Below the pieces are notes generated by a model. It was given only the letters and a program-made list of their open reading frames with translations, did no database searches and was not told the origin of the DNA. The translations under genes were made by a program, and so were the position numbers. Below are positions 11,643 to 23,765 of a stretch of 64,000 bases of DNA, piece after piece (positions within the stretch are counted from its first letter, which is position 1; each line of letters starts with the position of its first letter). The stretch spans positions 12,834,001 to 12,898,000 of the forward strand of contig OZ176050.1 of NCBI GenBank assembly GCA_964247055.1, read 5' to 3'. This DNA is from Paragordius varius (lineage: Eukaryota > Animalia > Nematomorpha).

Positions 11643-13230
11643 TACTTGGATACAACACATTCATTATAGTCCTTCAATTCAAATTGGGGTAGTTAAATAC
11701 CCCAGGCCTGTTAAAAATTCTTAAAAAAATATAGAATAAATCGAAACCATGGTAAAATTCTGCACTTATATAACATTAATAAACCGAAATATATAAAAAA
11801 TTTATTCAAAAATACTTGATATTACTTATTTTACGCTAAAACCAAAGATAAAAGTTAGTCAAGGTGACATATGTGCAATGGTAAAAATGAAAAATAATAC
11901 AAAATAAAGCGCTTTTTTTATTTCTATCAATGTTGATGTAATTTAAATAAAAAATTAGCTTTAATTTTACCCTTAAAATCAAATGAAGAGGATTTGAAAA
12001 AATTTTATAAAATAAAAATGGCGTCGACGTAGTTTGACATGGAACAATTATTCCAAAACAAAATTTTATCTAGATATTTTGCCATATTTATGATTTTTCA
12101 AAGGCCTTTTTAACAGATTGGAGTATCAGATCATATTATAAACATCATCAAATCCATTTACTTCAATTCATCCTTAACCATAAAAACCCCACACGGCACA
12201 AGTAATTGGATACGAATAAAACAATGGTTTACGACAAGGATGCGTCCTTTCACCGACTCTTTTTAACGTTTGCATAGAAAGTGTATTAAGATATATAGAT
12301 AAAGCTAATGGCATAAGCATCGCCGGCAATATTATATCATCACTTCACTATGCTGACGATACTATACTGCTGTCAAATTCAGTGGACAACCTAAAAAAAC
12401 TCTTAACAGAATTTTCAACTGAATGTCAAAAATTCGGACTGACGATCAACTAAAAAAAACTAAAATTATGAATATAAACACTCAGGATCTTTACAACAAC
12501 TTATCTTTTGACAACCAAAAAATCGAAGTAGTTTCCCAATACACTTATTTAGGCAGTCTTATAAATACGACTAACAACAGCACCCCCGACATCAGAAGAA
12601 GAATAGGAATTGCTAAATCAAAAATGATAAAATACAATAAACTATGGTCGTCACACGACATCAAACTCAAAACAAAAATCCGATACTTAAATCCCTAATA
12701 TTCCCTAGCATGTTATACGCGTCAGAAAGTTGGACAATAAAAAATGATGACGAAAAATACATTAACGACTTCGAAATGTGGTGCTGGCGGAAGATACTAC
12801 AAATCACATGGAAAGACAAAATAAAGAACACCGTAATCCTTGACAAAATAAATCCCGAGATACACCTGATCGGCATGTGCCTCAAAATGATATTGTCATA
12901 CTTTGGTCACATTACCAGTGCTAGACTTGGAATTCCAATTAATGACAGGCAAGGTCGAAGGATTCAGGAAACGTGGACGCTGCAAGATGCGCTGGATAGA
13001 AAACCCAACTAAAGAAACCAATCTTTCTTTACAACAGCTAACAGCACTCGCTTACAATCGAATAAACTGGAGAAAATATACCTTCGAAAAAGCAATTAGA
13101 TAACGATCTTTGCCATAATAATAATATAATTTTTTTATAGAAGCATAAATTTAAATGGGTCCGTTTCCTTCAGTAGTTTTTTAAAAATCCTAACTCAAAT
13201 TTAGTCTGTACCCCAATTTGAATCGAAGTG
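11643..13230 (+). mobile_element. piggyBac-like MITE, copy C, interrupted by a LINE
   Basis: Left end TACTTGGATACAACAC, right end GAATCGAAGTG|TTAA. Colinear with copy A on both sides of the 12092-13125 insert. Confidence 0.8.
12092..13125 (+). mobile_element. 5'-truncated RTE-clade LINE (reverse transcriptase pseudogene)
   Basis: Motifs DFSKAF, GLRQGCVLSPTLFN, HYADD, YLGS, FEMWCWRKIL, YFGHI, GKVEG.RKRGR..MRW across frameshifts. ATAATAATAAT tail. Confidence 0.92.
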
Positions 13231-14225
13231 TTAAGGAAGTTATTTACTTTGACGCAAGTGCTCTATTAAAATAGACAAAAATTACACGAATACAATTTTT
13301 TGGTGAAAAATTAAAATACATAAACTGCATTAAAAAGCAAAACAATATTTGAAAAGACGTGGGCTCCGAAACCATAATTTTTTGCTCTTCTAATATGGTC
13401 TTTTATTAGAATAAACGGAGCAATAATAAATTGATAATATGCTAAACCTTGATATAAAAAACAAATTTTTTAAAAAATGCATACTTATTAAAATTTGTTG
13501 AATCGTGCTTCAAACTATCTTGGCATGATAACGGTATCTAAACACTTTTTCATATACAATGATGCCACACTTTACCCTTATTTGCTTTCTAATTTTGGAT
13601 AATTTTTTAAAAAAACCTAATTGCTCCTAATCGAAAAATCGCAAAATTAGTGCACATTATGCGAATTATGTCGGTAATATTGAAAACTAATTTAAAAGCA
13701 AATCATGGTTTTATGAAATTTTAATTTATAGAGGCGTGTTCCAAAAGTCTCAAAATTTTATACATCTATAAAAAATATACTAATCCTCATAACATTAATA
13801 TTTGTGCTTTAACCTACACAGTACACAAAATCAGGTGAAAAATATTGAGATATTATATATAATTCCCAATTTGTCAGTATTTTCATGACGTTTTTGGTTT
13901 AGGAAGCCTTCCGACATATAAGAATATTATATACGATTTCTGGGTATAACTCTATATCAAAAATATTTAACGAACATGGTAATATTTTTTGCTAAAAATT
14001 GGACTTCCCACCAAAATATTTTAATATTATATCAACTAATTTAAAACAACAAATAAAATTATATTTGTGGACTCCTCACGGCGCAAACACTCTATATTAG
14101 GCTATTTTTCTTTAAATAAATGTGAATATGCCGACATAGTGCGTTAAATTTATCATTGCCACTATGACGATATAATATTAGGAAAAAATGCATTCTTTGC
14201 TATAAAATTTTATTTTATTAAATTA

Positions 14226-17200
14226 CAGTATGCATTTTAATGTATGTTAAGTAATTTTATTGCCTGCCAAATAACATAAATGGTTTATCAAATGCGTAAA
14301 ATACTGACCCACGAAACGTAGTACACATATGAAAGAGGATTGACGTGAGAATTAACATAGGCTTTAATTTGATGGATATTTTGTAATGTTAAATTTTGAG
14401 AATATTATAGCAATTTATGTTAACATTTGTAATATTGTTGTTACGTATTTAGATGCGGAATTTATGGGTTTTTATCTTTGATAAATTAATAAATAGTAAA
14501 ATACGTATTGTAAGATTTTTTATGTGTCCTAAATTTAATAACATATATTTTTCAACATGCTATAGTTGTTATTACTAATAAAAAAAACAGGTAAATATAT
14601 ATATGTGAAAATTTAAGTAGATTTTAGATTTATGTCTTTTATGTTTTGCTTTGTTAATTATTAATAATTTTTAAGTATTTCAGACATTTTAATCAGGTAA
14701 AAATTGTGATTTTTAACAAATTTAAAAATTTAATTTTTTTTAGTTTTTTAGTTTGCATTGTTAATTGTAATTAATTAATTTTGGACATTTTAATTAATAA
14801 AGGTAAAAAATGAGGTTGTTTTTATATTTAGTAAAAATTTAATTTTTTCTTGTTTTTATATTTAATATTGTTAATTATAATTACTACATATTTGGAAATT
14901 TAAATAAATACAGGTGAAAATGGCGGTTTTTAACAAATTTTAAATGTAACATTTTTTGTATTTTGTATCATTGTTATTTAATTACTTACTAAATATTTTG
15001 GACATTTAAAAAAATGGTGTAAATTGCGGTTTTTAATAAATTAGTAAAATTTTATTTTTTGTTCAACCTTGCTAATTTATTTATCACTATATATTTGTGA
15101 TACATTGATATATACAGGTAAACATTACTATGACTTGCGGTTTTTTGATTTTTTAAAATATTTTATTGGTTTTACTTTGATAATTTATATAATTAATATA
15201 GTTAACATATCTGAGTAGGTAAAAAAGCATGTTACGGTTTTATGTTTGCCATTTTATTTTCCAAATCAACTATTTATATTTTAACAAACACCTTATGTCA
15301 CCAAAGATTGAAAATAAGATCAAGATATATAAAACATCTTTTAAAGTATCTGAATATCGCCAAATATAAATAAATTTATTTAAATATAAATGTATAATTA
15401 TACAAAATATTCATATTATGTTTGAAATTAACATTCTTCTTATTGATATTAATACAGGTAATTTGTTTATATAAATGATGTACGATGCGGTGTGCGTTCA
15501 TGATGATCATATAGATTGAAGAATAGTATAAGATGCAATAATTAAATGCAGATAATCCTGAAAATTTTAATCACCATCATTTTTTAGGTAGATTCTATCA
15601 ACTAAAATATAAGATAATTAATATATTACAAAATTGATACCTGGATTCTAGAAGTATTTTCAACATATTTATATATTGGGGGAAACATTCATAGTTTGAA
15701 AGGGAACTCAAAAGGTTGACTTGGCTTTTTAACAACTAAATTTGCAAAAAAAATATTTTCTTCGTGATAAAAAATTAAATGATACTTTATGTTTTTTTTC
15801 GTTGTACCATCCTAAACTATAAATATGAAAAGGCTTATATGATTTCACCATACCAATGACGTCAAATAGAAAATAGAAACAAATAATTTTTTTCAAAAGC
15901 TTGGAGCACTCCAAAAACTAAGCAGGCAACACTAACATTGTTTGCTTTGGTGAAGAATAATTTTTTATATTTATAGTTTAGGATGGTAGAACGAAAAAAA
16001 ACATAAGTATCATTTTTGAATTTTTTATCATGAAGAAAATATTTTTTTGCAAATTTAGTTGTTAAAAAGCCAAGTCAACCTTTTGAGTTCCCTTTCAAAC
16101 TATGAATGTTTCCCCCAATATTTAAATATGTTGAAAATACTTCTAGAATCCAGGTATCAATTTTCTAATATATTAATTATCTTATATTTTAGTTGATAGA
16201 ATCTACCTAAAAAATGATGGTGATTAAAATTTTCAGGATTATCTGCATTTAATTATTGCATCTTATATTATTCTTCAATCTATATGATCATCATGAACGC
16301 ACACCGCATCGTACATCATTTATATAAACAAATTACCTGTATTAATATCAATAAGAAGAATGTTAATTTCAAAAATAATATGAATATTTTGTATAATTAT
16401 ACATTTATAATTTAAATAAATTTATTTATATTTGGCGATATTCAGATATTTTAAAAGATGTTTTATATATCTTGATCTTATTTTCAATCTTTGGTGACAT
16501 AAGGTGTTTGTTAAAATATAAATAGTTGATTTGGAAAATAAAATGGCAAACATAAACCGTAACATGCATTTTTACCTACTCAGATATGTTAACTATATTA
16601 ATTATATAAATTATCAAAGTAAAACCAATAAAATATTTTAAAAAATCAAAAAACCGCAAGTCATAGTAATTTTTACCTGTATATATCAATGTATCACAAA
16701 TATATAGTGATAAATAAATTAGCAAGGTTGAACAAAAAATAAAATTTTACTAATTTATTAAAAACCGCAATTTACACCATTTTTTTAAATGTCCAAAATA
16801 TTTAGTAAGTAATTAAATAACAATGATACAAAATACAAAAAATGTTACATTTAAAATTTGTTAAAAACCGCCATTTTCACCTGTATTTATTTAAATTTCC
16901 AAATATGTAGTAATTATAATTAACAATAAATAAAAAAACAAGAAAAAATTAAATTTTTACTAAATATAAAAACAACCTCATTTTTTACCTTTATTAATTA
17001 AAATGTCCAAAATTAATTAATTACAATTAACAATGAAAATCCTATAGAACAAAAAAATTAAATTTTTACTAAATTTGTTAAAAACCGCAATTTTTACCTG
17101 TAATTATTAAAATGTCCAAAATATGTAGTAGTTAATTACAATTAACAATGCAAAACCTAAAAAAACAAAAAAACTAAATTTTTACTAAATTTGTTAAAAA

Positions 17201-18289
17201 CCCAATTTTTACCTGTAATTATTAAAATGTCCAAAATATGTAGTAGTTAATTACAATTAACCATGCAAAACCTAAAAAAACAAAAAAAAACTAAATTTTT
17301 ACTAAATTTCTTAAAAACCGCAATTTTTACCTGTAATTATTAAAATGTCCAAAATATGTAGTAGTTAATTACAATTAACCATGCAAAACCTAAAAAAACA
17401 AAAAAAAACTAAATTTTTACTAAATTTCTTAAAAACCGCAATTTTTACCTGTAATTATTAAAATGTCCAAAATATGTAGTAGTTAATTACAATTAACCAT
17501 GCAAAACCTAAAAAAACAAAAAAAAACTAAATTTTTACTAAATTTCTTAAAAACCGCAATTTTTTCCTGTAATTATTAAAATGTCCAAAATGTAGTAGTT
17601 AGTTACAATTAACAATGCAAAACCTAAAAAAACAAAAAAAACTAAATTTTTACTAAATTTGTTAAAAACCGCAATTTTTACCTGTAATTAAATGTCCAAA
17701 ATATGTAGTAGTTAATTACAATAAACAATGCAAAACCTAAAAAAACAAAACTAAATTTTTACTAAATTTGTTAAAAACCGCAATTTTTACCTGATTAAAA
17801 TGTCTGAAATACTTAAAAATTATTAATAATTAACAATGCAAAACATAAAAGACAAAAATCTAAAATCTACTTAAATTTTTACAAATACATATTTACCTGT
17901 TTTTTTTTATTAGTAATAACAACTAAATAAAATTATAATACCAATATTAATTAATACAGGTATTTAGCATGTTGAAAAATATATATTATTAAATTTAGGA
18001 AACATAAAAAATCTTAAAATACGTATTTTACTATTTAATTAAAGATAAAAACCCATAAAATTCCGCATCTAAATACGTAACAATATTACGAATGTTAACA
18101 TAAATTATAATATTCTCAAAATTTAACATTACAAAATATCCATCAAATTAAAGCCTATGTTAATTCTCACGTCAATCCTCTTTCATATGTGTACTACGTT
18201 TCGTGGGTCAGTATTTTACGCATTTGATAAACCATTTATGTTATTTGGCAGGCAATAAAATTACTTAACATACATTAAAATGCATATTG
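14226..18289. mobile_element. 4.06-kb non-coding foldback element with Tc1/mariner-like ends
   Basis: TA|CAGTATGCATTTTAATGTATG ... CATACATTAAAATGCATATTG|TA. Arms at about 14226-15849 and 15948-18289 are reverse complements, with a spacer of about 100 bp. Confidence 0.9.
17080..17800. repeat. Minisatellite of about 117 bp, about 6 homogeneous units, in the right arm of the foldback
   Basis: AAAAACCGCAATTTTTACCTGTAATTATTAAAATGTCC recurs near 17085, 17201, 17318, 17436, 17554, 17669 and 17778. Confidence 0.93.
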
Positions 18290-19444
18290 TAAGTTGGAAA
18301 ATAAATAAAGATATTAAAAACAGACATATATCTCATGAAATACATATATTCTAATAAAAAAAATGTAGCATGATTTTTATGGTACTTTTGATTCTAACCC
18401 CTACGAGTGATTTAAGAAAATTATTTCTTTTTTCTGTCACTTGCCCCATATCAAAAAATTTCAGAATTTTTGCCCTTATGTAAAAAATTTTTTGGTGGAA
18501 GCTAAATCCTTCATTTCAAAAAACATAAATATTTTATACTATATTTACAAAGTAAAACAATATTTTTAAAAAATTTCAATTTTTTGATCGAAGTTCCGGA
18601 ATTCTCAAATGTTTTTGGCCCATCCAAAACATGGTAATGCTTTAAAATAAACGCAAACGCCGAGAGTTCAAACAATATTTTTGAAAAATAAAATTTTGTG
18701 GAAAAATTTATTTTTTACTAACCTTTGAAAAACCGTATTTTATGGTATATCGGAGATAGTAAAAAAGGTATCAAAAGGTAAGAAATTATAAAAAAGCTTC
18801 CTATAATATTCAATTATATTTATTATTTCTGTTAGGCCTTAATCGTCCAACTAAGTGTGATTTTTTACATTTTTTTTGTATTTAACTAAAACTTGAAGAA
18901 CAAATCCTTAACGAAATTTGATTAATGTAAAATATAAATAGGTTTTATGTTTAAGGACACAAAAAATTACATAAAAAAGAGGATTTTTTGTTATATCAAT
19001 CACAATTAATTTATTGAGATATCATATAATAATATCATATTTAAATCACATTATCAATATCTGTTTATATATTTATATATATTCTATTTTAAAAGAGATG
19101 TGTATGTTTAAGATTATTTCGCAATAATTTTGAATTATGTGTTGGATACTTATATAGATGAATCTTTATGAATCTAAAAATGTGTTTAAAATAATTTGTG
19201 TATAGAGATATTTATAATTTAATGTTTTCTATAGTAAAAATGCCCAAACTTTCTAAATAAATTATAATCATTATAAAATTACCACCAAATTTAAAGTAAT
19301 AATTGTTGTTGACAATATCTTGCATGAAAAAATTTATTTAATTTATATATATACCATTTTTTGGAAAAATACTTTTTGCACCCATGATAAAATTGTTGTG
19401 TTTTTAAAACTTTTTAGCAATAATAGCACGTAATATATAAATAA

Positions 19445-20605
19445 TCATATTTTCCCATTATTATTGTTAGTATTATGCAATCTTTTTAATTCTGCAGCAT
19501 TATATAAACTATATTCCCTTTCTTCATCATCATCGTTTTTATAAGTTCCTCGCCCCAAACCAGATAAATCCGTTGTTTCGTCTTCAAGACTATCATTTTT
19601 AACAAGTAACACCTTTTCATGCCCATTTTTACCACCATGAGCATTAAAAAATGCATCAGAATTCTTGGAATGATGTACATTGCCACCAGCACCAGTAGTA
19701 GGTTTCTTTTGTTCATACATGTATATGGCAGCAAATAAGAGAGCTAAGGAAGCCACGTAATATCCATCAAGGGTAAATCGATCAGGGAACATGAACCAAC
19801 TTACTATGGCCGTCCCCATATTCCCAAGACTGGCGCAATAAATTTTAACGATGTTATCCAAATTTTTGACAATCACAGCCACAGCTAAGCCACCCAACGC
19901 ACCAAGGGCCAGCGTCCAAAACAGGAGTGTTAAGATTGAACCAGTTCCCACCAAGGCCTGGGGTGATATTTGGAGGCGAAACATGTTTGATACAGCATCT
20001 ATTGAAAAAAAATAGTTAACAAGCTGATATTGTAAAAAGAGGATGGTATATACATAAAAATAATAATTGAAACATTAGATGATTCATCTGTTTTTGGCTT
20101 CATGAAGTATTTTAGTGAAAAATTATCATTGAATTTCTTGCAATGACATTTATAGGGAGAAAAGCACACAAAAAACTAATTAACGTTGTAAATATTATGC
20201 ATATTTAATTGGGGAAAAAAACCTATTTTTCCATAAATGTTAAGATGGAAAAATTTTCCGTTTTTTTGGACAAAATAATTTTTACGCATTTATGTGCAAT
20301 CAAATAAGGATATGAAGAATTAACAACTATTTAATGTAGTAACGCGCGTTAAAGAGTGTTAATGTATTTGTATCATATATATGACTGTTAAGAAATATAA
20401 ACATAATATAAAAGCATAAAATAATGTACTAGGTTGAAAAGAGCAAAGGATGACACTAAGGACAAAGCTAAATGCATACATTTGGACTTGTTGTTCCATG
20501 AATGATCGTTTATCATTTTTAAACAGGTACTATAGTAAAATAGGATAAAATTATGTTAACCGAAATGCATCTTATTTAAAGGTAAATTTTTTTTGAGATT
20601 ATTCT

Positions 20606-20636
<31 letters not shown>

Positions 20637-23614
20637 TAAAAATAGTATGAGATAATAATTATTTAAAAATATAAATCCGTAAATTATTAAATTAAAAATA
20701 AACAAAAATTAAGGTTTCGAATTCGAATTAAAGTAAAATAACAAGCAAGAAACCGGTGAGTAAACTCTAATAACATTTTTTACTATATCACCTTATTAAA
20801 TCCCACACTTGCATAAATCAAAACTTACGTTTCACTTTTAACCCTTATAAAAAAGTAATTCAATATTTATCTACGCAATTTTCATCATCACTGTAAGCCC
20901 TGGGCAGACAAGTTTTAAAGCCTTCAAAAGTCCAGATACATTTTAAGTCCTTACCCTTAAAACAAGGAAAAAAGAGACTTTAAACTGTATATTTTATGTA
21001 CGAAACATTTTTTGTCAAAACTAATATTTTTAATATCCCCTCCTCGGTTAAACAAATTTTTTCCTTCTTTTTGATTAAAATACAATTTTTTTTTCTATCA
21101 AACTTCGGTGATGATTGAGGCAGTAACCGACATAGATGCAGAAATAAGTGATAAAATAAATGCAGTCATAGAAAGTCCCTTCTTGGGTTTTGACTGTTCT
21201 TTCAAATTTTCATTTTGCGTTTTTTCATCAGTCTCAGACCTCTTTTCAACGTTGACCGTTAGAGTTTCAGGCAAATTATTATTGCCATTTTCATAATCTT
21301 CCTCATGCATGGGAGGATTAAAGCTTGGAGGCATAGGGGATATGTAGTGTTTTTGATCGATATCACGACGCTTACGTTGGTTCTCCTATAAACATAAAAA
21401 ATTAATTGATTAATTTAAAAAAAAATTATTAAAAATTATTATTATTAAGTATATAAATATATCTTAATCAAACATTTTATCCATTTTATAATGGTTATTT
21501 AAACATTAATAGCGTATACTGTATTATTTACAATTAAAAAATTCTTTTTGCACTTTTATTAAAAATTAAAATATAGTTATTCAACTATCATTATTAAAGG
21601 AGCAAGAAACCTGTATATGGTTTAATAATCCAAAAAACTCATCAAATAATGCACATAATCAAAAATTATTGTTAATAATCAGAATTATAACCATAATTAA
21701 TATTATTTATGATGAGAAAAAATATATTTCGCAAAAATAAAAAAAAATTGCTCGCTTTTTAATGTGAACTAAACTGTCAACGCAGGCACAAAATATATTA
21801 TAAATTTACAATATTTTCGGGAGCATTAAATGCTTGAAGAGGTGGCAGTTTAATGTCTTTGTCCGTTATTATTTGAGAGACGCCATCGGGATTACTCAAT
21901 TGTGGCACTGATGAAGGTATTGCAGAAATATTATCTATATTATCATCATGAATAGAAGAAATTTCAATGATTGCAGTTAATATAAAAAAATATAACATTA
22001 TATAATTTGCTGGTTTTTGTATTCCCCCTCGCCCAAATAAATAACTTTAATATTATAGAATGACATTTTTAAGTTTCTACTTAAACAAAAAGAAAAATAT
22101 TGTTAACAAAAAATATTAAAACACTCTGGCCATATTTAATTGCGAGCACTTTAGTTAATAAAAAAAAATTTGACGTTTATCATAAACAGTAATCAACATA
22201 ATTAATAAATTCACAACTAAATTATCAAAAATAAGGATGTTAGGTATATTATGAATAGTTAAACTTATAAGTACTGTGTGAATTTAGAAATTACTTATGG
22301 TAAAAACAGTAAATTACTACCCTATACTTGATTAAATAATTAACATTAAAAACAATATAACTTTAACTTTAACGATCAAAATACCATAGATATATATTTG
22401 CCAAAAATCTATCGAAAAATCATCACATTTTACTAAAAGATTCCATCAGTTTTTTCAATATGCAAAAAAACTACCTTTATAACCACTATTTGACGATAAT
22501 TTTGTTGAGACAGTCGGTTCACTGTTCATGAGTGTTAGGGTACACAGACTAGCTACTAAAAGACCAAGGGCAAACCATTGCATACGACTAATGAGTTTGT
22601 GGAATAAAAAGCGATAAACAATGGCCGTTAAAAAAACGCGAGATTGAATTAACATTAACCAAATGGGGGGTGTAGTGTAATTCAAAGCTGCCAAATACAC
22701 ATTATTATTCAGGGAATAAATGAGGGCTGGCAAAGCAAATGCAAAAGATAGGCGAAATCTGTGATGGCAAAAAAGTTATTATAACTTTAATTTTGTAATT
22801 TGATTAAAAAAAAAGATAAAACTTAAATTACAGGCCAACGTATAAAAAACTTTTTTTACATGAAAAAACAGTTTTATTTGTTAGCAATAAATAAGGTTTT
22901 TTGGTGAAATACAACCCTATAAAAAAATTTTTTTACATCATGCAAGACAATGTTAACTCAAAATGCAAATACTTCACAAAAATTTGCCCAGTTTAGATTT
23001 TAAAAGTTATAAATCAAATGGAATTCGATTGTACCCTTTTACGGCTAACCAAAATATGTGACAAGATAATCAACGTAAATGGTACCATAAAAATGGTTTT
23101 ACAAAAATTTCGATCTCTCTGATAACATATTGTTTTCTACTTAAATTTGAGTGATATGTTGAAAGATTATATAAATGTAAATTTAGGAATTCTGCAAAAT
23201 ATAAATAATTACAATTTTACAAGTTACCAATGTTTTAACAATGTAAAAAATTAAAAGGATTTCTTCAGAAAAATATGTATTATTAACATACCTGGATTTG
23301 CTACCATGTTTATGAGTGATGTATATATAAATCACAGCTGAAAAGAGAAGTTTTATCGCTTCAATCCATGCCACAATTTGGGTTTGAGGTATTGGATAAA
23401 GTCCTTGATTATAATATCTTATATATTAGCATTCTATAGCTTACTTAATAGAATATGTAAAAATTTGTTTGGCCACATCCAAAACAATAAAAATAATACA
23501 GTATTGAGCAGCATGTAATAAGGAAAGCTTTTTACGGGCTAATTTATCCGTACTCCGTTCGGTTTCGTTATCATCTATGAGTGGTTTTTTGTCCTCATAA
23601 TCGGTTTTTATCAT
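19445..23614 (-). CDS. SLC35A-family nucleotide-sugar transporter, 7 coding exons
   Basis: Exons 23614-23445, 23417-23292, 22758-22475, 21934-21810, 21385-21104, 20529-20430, 19998-19445, all phases consistent. Motifs PALIYSLNNN, QWFALGLL, IITEYLFK, GLAVAVIVKNLDNIVKIY. Confidence 0.88.
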
Positions 23615-23765
23615 CTTAGAAATTGATATTTTGTAAAAACTTTTGAGCAACGTTTCATAAATTTTTCTCCCCAAAAAAAATTGCCAGTTGGTGCGGATCA
23701 AATATTACACCTCATTTTATCCATTGCACGTTTAAAACATGTGATTTCAAGAAATTATTAAAATC
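23615..23765. promoter_or_regulatory. Probable bidirectional promoter / 5' UTR region between the SLC35A-like gene and PNISR
   Basis: Divergent start codons at 23614 (-) and 23766 (+), 151 bp apart. Promoter function is inferred. Confidence 0.6.

Noticed and set aside
15729-15914. 61-aa ORF at the foldback centre
   Set aside because: AT-rich, no motif, and it starts in the spacer and runs into an arm. A chance ORF.
21907-21930. CTGATGA...GAAA resembling a hammerhead core
   Set aside because: No stem II pairing, and it is the antisense of an SLC35 coding exon.
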